In this document: piece by piece, positions 27,042 to 36,783 of the stretch
Numbering within the stretch: the first letter of the stretch is position 1
How the letters are laid out: each line of letters opens with the position of its first letter
Position numbers and translations under genes: made by a program
Notes under the pieces: model-generated
Told to the model about the DNA's origin: nothing
Databases searched by the model: none
Seen by the model: only the letters and a program-made list of their open reading frames with translations
IMG/VR virus record: IMGVR_UViG_3300036376_000002
Coordinates: 1 to 40,417 of that record
Source: a virus
Lineage: Duplodnaviria; Caudoviricetes
Strand: one strand, 5' to 3'
DNA length: 40,417 nucleotides

Positions 27042-27618
27042 CCGGGCAGGAAGCCCTATCGGAGATCTCGGCAATCTTGCCTTCGTCGCCGGCGTGCCGG
27101 TGCCGTCGAGCGTGCAGACCACCCGCCGCCTGCTCGGCCTGCCCGACTTCCCGGCGGTCGCCTCCGCGCCCACCGTGTCGGCCCGCCTCAAGGAGATCGA
27201 TGCGAGCGAAGCCTCTCCCACCGTGCCGGGCACGCGGCTGACCATGCTGGCGCTGGGCCTGTTCGTCTTCGGCATCGACACGCTGGCCTATCAGGAACTG
27301 CAGAGGCGCACCGAGTATCGTCATGGCGCGGCCGAGCGGCTCGGTGCTGCGCCGGCGTGGCAGTTCCTCGGGCCCGGCGCCGATACCATCACCCTGCCCG
27401 GCCTGCTGCTGCCCGAGCTCGTGGGCGATTATGCCTCGATCGAGTCGCTGCGAGAGATGGGCGCGACCGGAGAAGCGTGGCCGCTCGTGCTGCCCGACGG
27501 CCGCATCCTCGGGCAGTATCTCATCCGCACGGTCGAGGAGCGCCAGTCCAACTTCCTGCCCGGCGGTGCGCCGCGACGCATCGAGTTCAGGATCGACCTC
27601 GAGCGTGCCGATGGCTGA
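27028..27618 (+). CDS. U: Tail protein U (conserved domain starts at ATG 27244)
   Basis: MLALGLFVF, QFLGPGADTITLPG, RRIEFRIDL. Confidence 0.88.
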   Translation: MATANRAGSPIGDLGNLAFVAGVPVPSSVQTTRRLLGLPDFPAVASAPTVSARLKEIDASEASPTVPGTRLTMLALGLFVFGIDTLAYQELQRRTEYRHGAAERLGAAPAWQFLGPGADTITLPGLLLPELVGDYASIESLREMGATGEAWPLVLPDGRILGQYLIRTVEERQSNFLPGGAPRRIEFRIDLERADG

Positions 27619-28669
27619 CAATGCCCTGGTCACTCCGCCCGCCGGCCGCGCCGACTATGTGCAGCCGGTGCCCGCGTGGCGCGTCACCCTTGCCGGCGAG
27701 GATCTGACGGAGGTCATGCGCCCGCGCCTGATCGAGCTTTCCTTGAGTGAGCGCCGCGGCGAGGAGGCGGACCAGCTCGAGATCACATTGCACGACGTCG
27801 ATCGCGCGCTTGCCTTGCCGCCACCGGAAGCGGTCATCACCGTCGCACTGGGCTGGGCGCGCGGCACCGGCGTCACCGTCGGCCTGGTCGACAAAGGCAG
27901 CTTCAGAGTCGACGAGATCAGCTGGGAAGGCCCGCCCGACGCGCTCAAGATCACCGCACGCGCGGCCGACCTGACGGCAGGCCTGCGCACCCGCCGCGAT
28001 CGCAGCTGGAACGGCCGCACGCTCGGCCAGATCGTCGAGGCCGTCGCCGGCGAGCATGGGCTTACCCCGCGCGTCCATGCCGATCTGGCCGGCCTGCAGG
28101 TGCCGTCTGCGCAGCAAAGCGCCCGCTCCGACATCCAGTTCATCCGGGATCTGGGGCGGCGCTACGACGCGGTGGCCACCGTCAAGGATGGCAACCTGCT
28201 GTTCATGCCGATCGGCACGGCGGCCAGCATCAGCGGCCGCCCACTGGCCGCGCTCACCCTCACACGCGCCATGTGTGAGCGCTACGCCTGGTCGCGCCGC
28301 AAGCGCGAGGAACACGGCGGGGCTGAGGCCCAGTGGAACGATCGCCCAGGCGCGCGCCGGCAGCGCGTGCGCGTGGGTGCGGGGGACAATCCCCGTCGAC
28401 TCCGCCGCACCTATGCCAGCGAGGCGGAAGCACGCGCTGCAGCGCAGGCCGCGGCGCGCCGCGATGCGCGTCAGGCCGCCGAGGTCAGCATCAGCCTCGC
28501 CTTCGGCAACGCGGCGATCGGCGTCGAGCAGCCGATCGGCCTGACCGGGTTCAAAAGCGAGATCGATGCCGCGCGCTGGCAGGTGGCAGAGGTCAACCAC
28601 ACCATCGGCGCGCGGGGATTCCGGACTGACATCAAGCTCGATTTGGCCAACGATAATGCTCGAACGTAA
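27611..28669 (+). CDS. D: Late control / baseplate hub protein D
   Basis: RGEEADQLEITLHD, VDKGSFRVDE, VATVKDGNLLF, GFKSEID. Confidence 0.92.
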   Translation: MADNALVTPPAGRADYVQPVPAWRVTLAGEDLTEVMRPRLIELSLSERRGEEADQLEITLHDVDRALALPPPEAVITVALGWARGTGVTVGLVDKGSFRVDEISWEGPPDALKITARAADLTAGLRTRRDRSWNGRTLGQIVEAVAGEHGLTPRVHADLAGLQVPSAQQSARSDIQFIRDLGRRYDAVATVKDGNLLFMPIGTAASISGRPLAALTLTRAMCERYAWSRRKREEHGGAEAQWNDRPGARRQRVRVGAGDNPRRLRRTYASEAEARAAAQAAARRDARQAAEVSISLAFGNAAIGVEQPIGLTGFKSEIDAARWQVAEVNHTIGARGFRTDIKLDLANDNART

Positions 28670-28758
28670 AATGTCGGCACTCGTGTCACCAAATGAATGG
28701 TTTGAAGCCCGCCATTGCTTGATTACCCCTTTCGCACTAAACACGTAACGCTCGCACA

Positions 28759-29793
28759 ATGAGGGGTGGTGTTGTGAGAACTTTAATTGCGGCCTTGATT
28801 ACGATTCTTGCGCTCTTGGCTCCGGTAGCCTCAACCGCGCAGCCTTCCGATCGATGCAGCGATGTACTTAATGGAGGCGTTTTCAATTATGCGCGACTGA
28901 GAGATAATAATTATTTTAATCAGGTCGTCTGGTCGCGGTTTTTTAGAAGTAGTGATTCCAGCAGTCAATCTGATAGCTCGTTGGGCATTTCGGTTCCGAT
29001 AGGAGATGTCGTTGTAGGTGGGACATTTGATTCCTCATCGGACAGCCGAATCAGAAGCCGGCAGGATTATCAGTATTTCAATGAGATTACGGCATCGCGT
29101 GAGATCGACGTGGCCCTCATGACCGCAGATCCGGCAATTCTGTCTGCTTGGAGCAGTTGCATGCGCAATAGAGGCGGGCTGTCGGCCCGCTTCGAAGCTG
29201 TCTCGGCTACCGATGTCTTCCTCGTCATCGAGTTTTATAATCAAGCCACGATTACGTCATTCACTTTAGACGAGGATGTCTATCTTCCTGACGGCGTGAC
29301 CGCTGTGCAAAATGGGAGATGCCTGCGCGCTGGTTATGTCTTCAGGGTTGGCGAACCCTGCACTGTCTTGATCAAGACAACCGACGGAATGGTGAGGTTT
29401 CCCGTCGTAATCGGATCTGCAACAGCTTGGTTGCCGGCGCGAATACGCCTCGTCAGGGAAGCTTTACCTTTCCCATTGCCGGAACGCATACTCGATTTGC
29501 AAGGTGGCAATAGTGGGAACAATGGCTGGCACAGCCAATCCTTTTCGCTTTCGGACCAGCAGATTGCGGACGGATGGTCGTTCTCGCCTTCCGGAGGAAC
29601 GTTCAACCTTTCCTCGACGTCAATAGACAATCCAGACACACGATGCCACAGCGCCAGCGTTTCGGCGGCTGGACACACCGTCACCTACACCTACTATATG
29701 CATACTCCGGACCGGACCAGAAATGACGGCAGGGCCCTCTGCCACATAACGGCGAATATCGAAATCGTTCGTGCGCGCTGGATTTCGCAATAG
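28759..29793 (+). CDS. Exported hypothetical protein (344 aa), moron
   Basis: Sec signal peptide ending ...ASTA, six Cys, Ser/Thr-rich; lower GC than the backbone. Confidence 0.8.
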   Translation: MRGGVVRTLIAALITILALLAPVASTAQPSDRCSDVLNGGVFNYARLRDNNYFNQVVWSRFFRSSDSSSQSDSSLGISVPIGDVVVGGTFDSSSDSRIRSRQDYQYFNEITASREIDVALMTADPAILSAWSSCMRNRGGLSARFEAVSATDVFLVIEFYNQATITSFTLDEDVYLPDGVTAVQNGRCLRAGYVFRVGEPCTVLIKTTDGMVRFPVVIGSATAWLPARIRLVREALPFPLPERILDLQGGNSGNNGWHSQSFSLSDQQIADGWSFSPSGGTFNLSSTSIDNPDTRCHSASVSAAGHTVTYTYYMHTPDRTRNDGRALCHITANIEIVRARWISQ

Positions 29794-29854
29794 CGGAAGG
29801 CGGCTCATGCCGCAGAGGTCGCGAGGACAAAATCGTCATGGCCCATTTTGAGCG

Positions 29855-30058
29855 ATGTCAGATCCTAAATCGGTGAACCCGCGCGCGGGGCTCAGTTTGG
29901 GATCGTCCGACTTGGTCGGATTTGTTCTCGCGTACGTCATCGCCCGCACTGTGTGGTTGATCTGTGAGCCCGGACCGACGTGGCTTTTCGTAGTAACGAT
30001 GATTGGGATGTGGATGCTATATCGCATCCTCGCAATCATTCTCGCCGCTCGCAGGTGA
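29855..30058 (+). CDS. Small two-TM membrane protein
   Basis: Two hydrophobic segments; follows the exported-protein gene. Confidence 0.5.
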   Translation: MSDPKSVNPRAGLSLGSSDLVGFVLAYVIARTVWLICEPGPTWLFVVTMIGMWMLYRILAIILAARR

Positions 30059-30131
30059 TGCACCGCTAGATCAGCGGCACCAAACTGGAGCCAACGGCAA
30101 CCATAACCATCGCTGGCCCTCTAGGCCGACA

Positions 30132-30683
30132 TCATTGCGTTGGCCGCTGCCCCAGCCCACCTTCCGGTATCCGAATCTCCGTCATCTTCCAGCTAAGGCC
30201 GTCTCGTTCAAACACGAAGCTCGGCACCTTCTCATCCTCGGTGATCGGAGTGACGGTGAACTTGTCGAGGCCGTCTCGCTCCAGATTATAGTCGACCGGC
30301 TCACCAAGCGCCTCGGTCTGCTGTTGCGGACCCCGCGGACGACCCGCGATCATCATCTGGCGCATGCCCTCCTTGGTCACGACGCTGTCGACGATCGTCC
30401 CGACCATGCTGTTGGCCAGCGCCATCCCCAACGCCGCGAACGGATTGTTGGCGTTCTGCTGACGTGCCATTTCTGCGGCCATCTGGGCCTGCAGCTGCTC
30501 GCGCAAAGACGTCCTGACCGATTCAAAGTCGATATGCTCGGCCAGAGCATCGGCATCGCCCTCTACAGCCGCTGCCCGCATCTCCCGCAGCGTCCAATAG
30601 GGTGAGCCAAAGTACCAGCCCGCCCCGAGGCCGAGCAGCAGCACCGCGATGATCGCAACAATCCATTTTCTTTGCATTGCCAT
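30132..30683 (-). CDS. DUF2939-like membrane-anchored protein
   Basis: N-terminal TM, then SPYWTL...GDADAL...IDFESVRTSL, C-terminal RDGLSWKMT. Confidence 0.8.
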   Translation of the reverse strand: MAMQRKWIVAIIAVLLLGLGAGWYFGSPYWTLREMRAAAVEGDADALAEHIDFESVRTSLREQLQAQMAAEMARQQNANNPFAALGMALANSMVGTIVDSVVTKEGMRQMMIAGRPRGPQQQTEALGEPVDYNLERDGLDKFTVTPITEDEKVPSFVFERDGLSWKMTEIRIPEGGLGQRPTQ

Positions 30684-30793
30684 CTCCCCATCATGGCATG
30701 CCCGATCACGCCGCTTCGATTCAACTTGCTAGCTGTGCCACCGAGTAAGATCACGCAGAATCTGGGCAGTCGAAATTCAGGAGACCCGGTGTA

Positions 30794-31786
30794 CTAATTG
30801 TAGCTCACTTCAATCGGACCCGGATTCATGACAACGATTTGCCATTCAACATCCCACGAAATACCCTCATCGCTGGCAGCGCACTGGACAACCATGGCTC
30901 GATCACCAAGCCAAGCCACTCGGCCACTTATGACTCTACCGGTGGTCAGTCCCCTAAAGGCGGGGACCGAGCGCTCACAAATGGCAAACTCCTGACGGGG
31001 CTCGATTATCGCAGCCCCCCTGTCAAGGTCGTACCTGAAATATGGATTCTGAAATAGGAACGACAGCCGATAATTTGTTGAGTAAAGCGAAAAAGCCATT
31101 ACAACTAATGCGATTGGCATTCTAAACTTATATATAAATCTACGACTTATAAAGCCATATCGGAATAATGATGCTCGCCCGCTAAAGTGACGGTATGCCT
31201 CCACAATCAATGCTATGCATAATAAATATGCCGGGAGTGCATTATATGCAACCCATCTAATCTTCCGCCATACCTCGTAGAAGGCATCATAAATCCATAC
31301 CGGCACTGATCCTGTCACCAGCAGAGAGTCATCGCCCAATCTCGTATATGTCGCCGAATAAACGACAACGACCAGCAATCCCACGAAGCAGACCAGTCGG
31401 TACCAAAGCGATTGCATGTCCCGCCTTTTGCCGATCCTCCAAAGAACCATAAAGAACCAAATCACCGGCAGAAGAAATATTAGAAAAAATAGGGCCGTCT
31501 CTAATACGTCAACGATGAATGAAATACCATCCCGGGCAATATCACCAAAAGTTGCAATCCTTAGATATGGGATTCCCTGCCGAGAAAATGCATTGTTATA
31601 GAGCCATGCAGTTATGACTGTTCCAATGGCAGTCATAAGTGAAATAAGTTCGACAAAAATTGCGATGGGCGAACGGTTGCTTGTCTTCGTAAGAATCGGG
31701 GATTCTGGTGCATCCTTAGCTGCGCTGCGTTCGACTTCATCAACCATGTGCATCCCCCCGGACACTTTGCGGCTGGGCCGCTTCAC
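30794..31786 (-). CDS. Polytopic membrane protein (about 5 TM), coupled to the repressor gene
   Basis: GTG start overlaps the cI stop; several hydrophobic helices; AT-rich. Confidence 0.75.
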   Translation of the reverse strand: MKRPSRKVSGGMHMVDEVERSAAKDAPESPILTKTSNRSPIAIFVELISLMTAIGTVITAWLYNNAFSRQGIPYLRIATFGDIARDGISFIVDVLETALFFLIFLLPVIWFFMVLWRIGKRRDMQSLWYRLVCFVGLLVVVVYSATYTRLGDDSLLVTGSVPVWIYDAFYEVWRKIRWVAYNALPAYLLCIALIVEAYRHFSGRASLFRYGFISRRFIYKFRMPIALVVMAFSLYSTNYRLSFLFQNPYFRYDLDRGAAIIEPRQEFAICERSVPAFRGLTTGRVISGRVAWLGDRAMVVQCAASDEGISWDVEWQIVVMNPGPIEVSYN

Positions 31787-32454
31787 ATCCCTCTGATGAC
31801 AGCCACCACGCGCCCGATCACGTGCATTTCCCCATCCACCACGACCTGCGGGTCGACCAGCTTGTTGTCGCTCATCAGCACGTAACTGCCATCGGGCTCC
31901 GCCCTGACCCGCTTGATCATCCCGATATCCGCAACGGCCACCACCCAGATCGCGTTTTGGCGATTGAGATGGTTCTGGCTCATGTCGAACAACACGATGT
32001 CATGATGCCCGATCGTCGGCACCATCGAGTCACCATCCCCTCGGCAGAAGCGCAGATGCTCGGGACCACTCTTGGTATATTGCCGCAGGAAGGTCATCGG
32101 GAACCAGACCGTCGACTCCTGCACCGCCTGGACATCGAGATATTGGCCACCCATTCCGTAGGCTAGATCGATCTCCCGCACGGCGACCATGTCCAGCTGC
32201 TCGGCCATCGCAATCTTCGACAGTTGGACGGGTGCATGCTCATCCGGATCGTCAATTTGGCCGGTAAGGTAAGCAGGCGTTGTACGAAGCTCCTGCGCGA
32301 TCCGATGCAAATGTTTCGAGCCGGCCGATTCACCGATAGCCAATTTTGCGATGGTCGCTTGCGCCACGCCAACCCGGCGCGCGAGCTCTGACTGGCTCAG
32401 GCCAACCGCCTCCAAACGCGCGCGAAACCGCTCTTTGCTGACAACGGATGACAC
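31783..32454 (-). CDS. cI: CI-like repressor (XRE HTH + S24 peptidase)
   Basis: LSQSELARRVGVAQATI HTH; GDSMVP and IKRV Ser/Lys dyad; VIGRVV. Confidence 0.92.
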   Translation of the reverse strand: MSSVVSKERFRARLEAVGLSQSELARRVGVAQATIAKLAIGESAGSKHLHRIAQELRTTPAYLTGQIDDPDEHAPVQLSKIAMAEQLDMVAVREIDLAYGMGGQYLDVQAVQESTVWFPMTFLRQYTKSGPEHLRFCRGDGDSMVPTIGHHDIVLFDMSQNHLNRQNAIWVVAVADIGMIKRVRAEPDGSYVLMSDNKLVDPQVVVDGEMHVIGRVVAVIRGM

Positions 32455-32464
32455 TGGCTAACCG

Positions 32465-32533
32465 TAATCGCCAAAGTAATAGAAGGCTCTAACCTTTTCG
32501 CGCTTGACGCAGCTATAACTTTCGCAATAGATA
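32465..32533. promoter_or_regulatory. Immunity switch: two related 18-bp operator candidates and a rightward promoter
   Basis: CTATAACTTTCGCAATAG (32513-32530) and inverted CTATTACTTTGGCGATTA (32482-32465); TTGACG at 32504 and TAGATA at 32528. Confidence 0.55.
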
Positions 32534-32539
32534 GCGGTC

Positions 32540-32833
32540 ATGGACAGCGACCTGACCCCCTTGGAAGCGCTTGAGGCATGCGTCAGCATTGCTGGATCGC
32601 AAAGCGAAGTCGCACGCCGACTCGGTGTCCCGCAGCCCACATTCTGGAAGTGGCTACAGTCCTCCAAACGCCTGCCCGCCGAGCATGTGCTCGAGGCCGA
32701 GCGCCAGTTCGGCGTTTCCCGCCATGACCTCCGCCCGGACATCTACCCGCGCGACTATCCGCCAGCGCCGCCGACGCGCTGGCCTGACCACCGCTTTCAT
32801 GGCGTCGATCACCACGCGCGGAGGGTCGCATGA
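32540..32833 (+). CDS. cro: Cro/YdaS-family regulator
   Basis: AGSQSEVARRLGVPQP..WKW, GVSRHDLRPDIY; divergent from cI. Confidence 0.88.
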   Translation: MDSDLTPLEALEACVSIAGSQSEVARRLGVPQPTFWKWLQSSKRLPAEHVLEAERQFGVSRHDLRPDIYPRDYPPAPPTRWPDHRFHGVDHHARRVA

Positions 32834-33174
32834 TCTGGGCACGCGACATATCTGCCGACAACGCCATACCGACCGGAGCATCGAGACCCTTATGCTTCCC
32901 ATCCGGTCGAACCTCGGCGGGCGAGCCGGAACGCGTCCTCCCGCGCCGCGCTCGCCCGTCCTTTCTTCGCAACTCTATTCCCCCAGGCATCGGCGCAGTC
33001 TTTCACCCGGGCGCGCGCCGGTCGCCCGGTAAATTCGGGAATTGCACCGCCGTTATTTGTTTGCATAACCGAGGTAAGGGCGCTGGCAGGCCGTCCTCGA
33101 TCCAGCTCGGGTACCGATCCGGAAACCCGTCTGCCATTTTTCCATTCGGTCAGCTGCGCGGAGCCATCTCGTGA
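32830..33174 (+). CDS. Possible hypothetical protein (114 aa)
   Basis: ATGA overlap with cro and GTGA overlap with the next gene; no recognisable motif. Confidence 0.4.
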   Translation: MIWARDISADNAIPTGASRPLCFPSGRTSAGEPERVLPRRARPSFLRNSIPPGIGAVFHPGARRSPGKFGNCTAVICLHNRGKGAGRPSSIQLGYRSGNPSAIFPFGQLRGAIS

Positions 33175-33656
33175 AGGCTGACCGCACCCACCACGTGCCC
33201 CCGCGCGACCAATTGCTCAAGGTCGCCAGCGACAAGCTGGTTCGCGCTTTCGGCGGTCAGGAAGCAGCCGGCGAGCACATCGGCTGCCGGCAACAGCGCG
33301 TCTCTGACTGCGTCCGCCCCAACACGCCTGACTTCCTGCGCATCAGTGAGGTCGCCGCACTCGAGGATGCCACCCACGGCACCATTGGCCACCCGCTGGT
33401 CACCCGGGCGCTCGCTCGCCGGCAGGGCTTCATGCTGGTCCGTCAGCCTCAGGCGCCTGCTGCGGATTGCGACATCCTGAAGCTGCTGGGCGATCTGGCA
33501 GCAGAGAATGGCGACATTGCCAAGGCCGTGCTCGACGCGATCGCCGACGGCAACATCGACGCCGCCGAGCGCGAGCACATAATCGAGCAGATCATGGAGC
33601 AGCAGACTGTCGGCGCCGCCATGATCGCGATGCTCCGCGCGGAGGGACCGCTATGA
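33171..33656 (+). CDS. CII-like phage regulatory protein
   Basis: N-terminal HTH-like GGQEAAG...RVSD, C-terminal AIADGNIDAAE; position after cro. Confidence 0.7.
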   Translation: MKADRTHHVPPRDQLLKVASDKLVRAFGGQEAAGEHIGCRQQRVSDCVRPNTPDFLRISEVAALEDATHGTIGHPLVTRALARRQGFMLVRQPQAPAADCDILKLLGDLAAENGDIAKAVLDAIADGNIDAAEREHIIEQIMEQQTVGAAMIAMLRAEGPL

Positions 33657-33970
33657 CAGCAGACACCCGCACCATGGGCGAAGGACGCGTCAAGCCCGCT
33701 GCAGCGCGCAAGCGCCGGGCGATGGCCGACTGCCCGCATTGCGATGCACCAGGCATCATCCGCTCGTCCGAGTTGGTCACCCCGCTGCATCGGGACTTCT
33801 ACTTCACCTGTTCGAATCCGAGGTGCGGCCATAGTTGGAAGGCCCAGCTCAGCTTCGTCCACACCATCGCCCTCCCCTCACAGCAGAGGGAGGGGCTGCA
33901 GCTTCCTGTCCGCACGCCGCGCCCCGCGCGCAATGGTGATCCGCCGATGACCCGCAAACCCGCCGCCTAG
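33653..33970 (+). CDS. ogr: Ogr/Delta-like zinc-finger late activator
   Basis: CPHC...IRSS......RDFYFTCSNPRCGHSW...FVHTI. Confidence 0.9.
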   Translation: MTADTRTMGEGRVKPAAARKRRAMADCPHCDAPGIIRSSELVTPLHRDFYFTCSNPRCGHSWKAQLSFVHTIALPSQQREGLQLPVRTPRPARNGDPPMTRKPAA

Positions 33971-34110
33971 CCCGTCGGCCTGCCGACGGGATCGGCCAGC
34001 CAGCCACGTCGGCATCACCACCGCCCCGCAACCCCGCACTTTTGCCGGACCTCGCTTCCGGCGTCGCCCCCGCCTTGCCCGCATCATTTTGCCGAGAGCC
34101 ACCGCCGCGC

Positions 34111-36783
34111 ATGCAATCCCCCCTCCAGAAAGAATTGCTCTCGGCGCTCCAGCGGGACTTCGCCTTCCGCAAGGAGGGGGACTGGCTGCGCAAGGGCAAA
34201 TGCCCCGACTGCGGCAAGAAGGAGCTCTACACTCACGGCGTTACCCCCCGCATCCTTAAATGCGGGCGGCTCAACCGCTGCGGTTTCGAGCGATCGGTCA
34301 AGGACTGGTATCCGGAGATCTTCGACGACTGGTCGAAGCGCTTCAAGACCACCGAGGTCGATCCGCACGCTGCTGCCGATGCCTATCTGACCCACGGCCG
34401 CGGCTTCGATCTGCGCGGTCTGCGCGGATCCTACACGCAGGAATATTACCGGGACGAGGCGCGCGGCATCGGCAGCGCCACCATCCGCTTCCCGCTGCCC
34501 GGTGGCAGCTGGTGGGAGCGCATCATCGACCAGCCCGGGCGCTTCGACCGCAAGGCCCGCTTCGCGCCGGGCAAATCCTATCAGGGGCAATGGTGGATGG
34601 CTCCCGGCGACACCTTGGAGTCGCTGGCAGCGGGCGACCGCATCTGGATCACCGAGGGCATCTTCGACGCGATCGCCCTGCGCCATGCCGGCGAGACGGC
34701 CGTCTCGGCGATGACCGTCAACAACTATCCGGAGGCCGCTCTGCGCGCCCTGCGCAAGGCGATCGCCGACAGCGACCGGGCCGATCATTCCCCCGAGCTG
34801 ATCTTCGCCTTCGATATCGGCAAGGCCGGTCTCGACTACACCCGCAAGTTCCTCGAGCGCGCCCGGCGCGAAGGCTGGAAGGCCCGCGCCGCACAGGTCA
34901 CCCCCGATGGCGACGGCGACAAGCTCGACTGGAATGACCTGTTCATCCGCGATCGGCTGACCGCCAAGGATCTCGACGAGTATCTTTGGAACGGCGAGGT
35001 CGCGACAGCGCCCAGCGCCAGCGAGAAGGCCTGCCTGCTCTACGAGCGCCGCGGATGGACCAGCTTCAGCCTGTCCCACGACGCGCGGACCTGGTGGGCG
35101 CATTTCCCTGCCGAGCGCATCAGCGAGGTCATGCTCAAGGAGGGTATTACCGAGCGCGCCGCCATCCGCGCCTGCGCCGCGGTGGTCGAGATCGCCAACT
35201 GCAGCTTCCGCACCCTCTACCGCGAGCGCGACGATGTCACCGACGACACCGCTTACTATCTGCGCATCGACTTCCCGGGCAAGCACCCGACCGCCAAGGG
35301 CCGATTCAGCAATGGCCACCTGACGGCCGCGCCCGAGTTCAAGAAGCGCCTGTTCGCCTTCGGCGGTCTGTTCACCGGCACCACCGGCCAGCTCGATCGG
35401 CTGATGCAGACCCAGACCCGGGATCTGAAGACCGTCGAGCCGATCGACTTCACCGGCTATTCGCGCCGGCACAAGGCGTGGCTGTTCGGCGATATCGCCG
35501 TCCGCAGCGGCCGCGTCCATCCGCTCAATGACGAAGATTACTTCGACTTCGGCCGAGAGGCGGTCAAGCTGCGCTCCTCCGAGCGGCTGCTCGAGATCGA
35601 CTATGACCCCGATCGTCTCGACACCGAGTGGCTCCACAACATCTGGATCGCTTATGGGGCCAAGGGGCTGGTTGTCCTCGCCTACTGGACGCTGTCGCTC
35701 TTCGCCGAGCAGATCCGCGAGGCGCAGAAAAGCCTCGCCTTCCTCGAGATCACCGGCGAGCCGGGATCCGGCAAGTCCACGCTGCTCGAGTTCAGCTGGC
35801 GGCTGTGCGGCCGCGACGCCTATGAAGGCTTCGACCCGACCAAGGCGACGCCGGCGGCGATCGCCCGCAACCTTGGCAAGGTCGCCAATCTCCCTGTCGT
35901 CCTGATCGAAGGCGACCGGCGCGACGACGTGCCGCACTCCAAGCGCTTCGAGTGGGACGAGCTCAAGACAGCCTATAACGGCCGCGCCGTCCGCTCCCGC
36001 GGTGTCCGCAGCGGCGGCATGGAGACCTATGACCCGCCCTTCCGCGGGTCGATCGTCATCGCCCAGAACTACCGCGTCGACGCCAGCCCCGCGCTACTCG
36101 AGCGCCTGATGTGCCTGACCATCGACAAGAGCGGATGGTCCGCCGCCACCAAGCGCGCGGCCGAGGAGCTCGAGCGCTGGCCGACCGAGCGCCTCTCCGG
36201 CTTCATCGTCCACATCGTGCGGCGCGAGGCCGAGTTCATGGAGGCATTCCGCGAAGGCTATGCCAAGGCGGAGCGGACGCTGCCGGAGATGTCCGGCATC
36301 ACCCACCAGCGCCTGGTCAAGAACCACGCCCAGCTCGCCGCGGGATTCGACGCGCTCTGCGCTGTCATCCGGATCCCGGCGGACTGGCAGCTCGCCGTGC
36401 ACAGCCAGATCGCCCGCATGACCGCCGAGCGGCACGAGGCGATCAGCGCGGACCACCCGATCGTCGCCAAATTCTGGGAAACCTTCGACTGGCTGGTTGC
36501 CAACGAAGAGCTCAATTCCACCCGCCCGATCAACCTCTCGCGCAGGCCTGCCGAGGAGATCGCGGTCAGTCTCAACCTTTTCGAGGAGCGCTGCCGCGCC
36601 CGGGGCATCACCAGCGCCCCGACGCAGGATCTCCTCGTCAAGCACCTGCGCGGCAGCAAGTCGCGCCGGTTCGTCGCCGCCAAGACCGTCAACACCATCC
36701 TCGACAAGAGCATCCACTGCTGGGTCTTCCAGCAGCCGGATGCTGCTGGCCGGGGGCAGGGAGCGTCCCATGCATCAGCCTGA
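34111..36783 (+). CDS. Primase-helicase replication protein (Zn finger + TOPRIM + P-loop), P4-alpha-like
   Basis: CPDCGKKELY...CGRLNRCG; ITEGIFDAIAL, FAFD, DWND; GEPGSGKST. Confidence 0.9.
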   Translation: MQSPLQKELLSALQRDFAFRKEGDWLRKGKCPDCGKKELYTHGVTPRILKCGRLNRCGFERSVKDWYPEIFDDWSKRFKTTEVDPHAAADAYLTHGRGFDLRGLRGSYTQEYYRDEARGIGSATIRFPLPGGSWWERIIDQPGRFDRKARFAPGKSYQGQWWMAPGDTLESLAAGDRIWITEGIFDAIALRHAGETAVSAMTVNNYPEAALRALRKAIADSDRADHSPELIFAFDIGKAGLDYTRKFLERARREGWKARAAQVTPDGDGDKLDWNDLFIRDRLTAKDLDEYLWNGEVATAPSASEKACLLYERRGWTSFSLSHDARTWWAHFPAERISEVMLKEGITERAAIRACAAVVEIANCSFRTLYRERDDVTDDTAYYLRIDFPGKHPTAKGRFSNGHLTAAPEFKKRLFAFGGLFTGTTGQLDRLMQTQTRDLKTVEPIDFTGYSRRHKAWLFGDIAVRSGRVHPLNDEDYFDFGREAVKLRSSERLLEIDYDPDRLDTEWLHNIWIAYGAKGLVVLAYWTLSLFAEQIREAQKSLAFLEITGEPGSGKSTLLEFSWRLCGRDAYEGFDPTKATPAAIARNLGKVANLPVVLIEGDRRDDVPHSKRFEWDELKTAYNGRAVRSRGVRSGGMETYDPPFRGSIVIAQNYRVDASPALLERLMCLTIDKSGWSAATKRAAEELERWPTERLSGFIVHIVRREAEFMEAFREGYAKAERTLPEMSGITHQRLVKNHAQLAAGFDALCAVIRIPADWQLAVHSQIARMTAERHEAISADHPIVAKFWETFDWLVANEELNSTRPINLSRRPAEEIAVSLNLFEERCRARGITSAPTQDLLVKHLRGSKSRRFVAAKTVNTILDKSIHCWVFQQPDAAGRGQGASHASA

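Noticed and set aside
25164-27281. 705-aa minus-strand ORF, and similar ones at 14603-16135, 22195-23502 and 34084-35937
   Set aside because: Shadow frames of well-supported + strand genes
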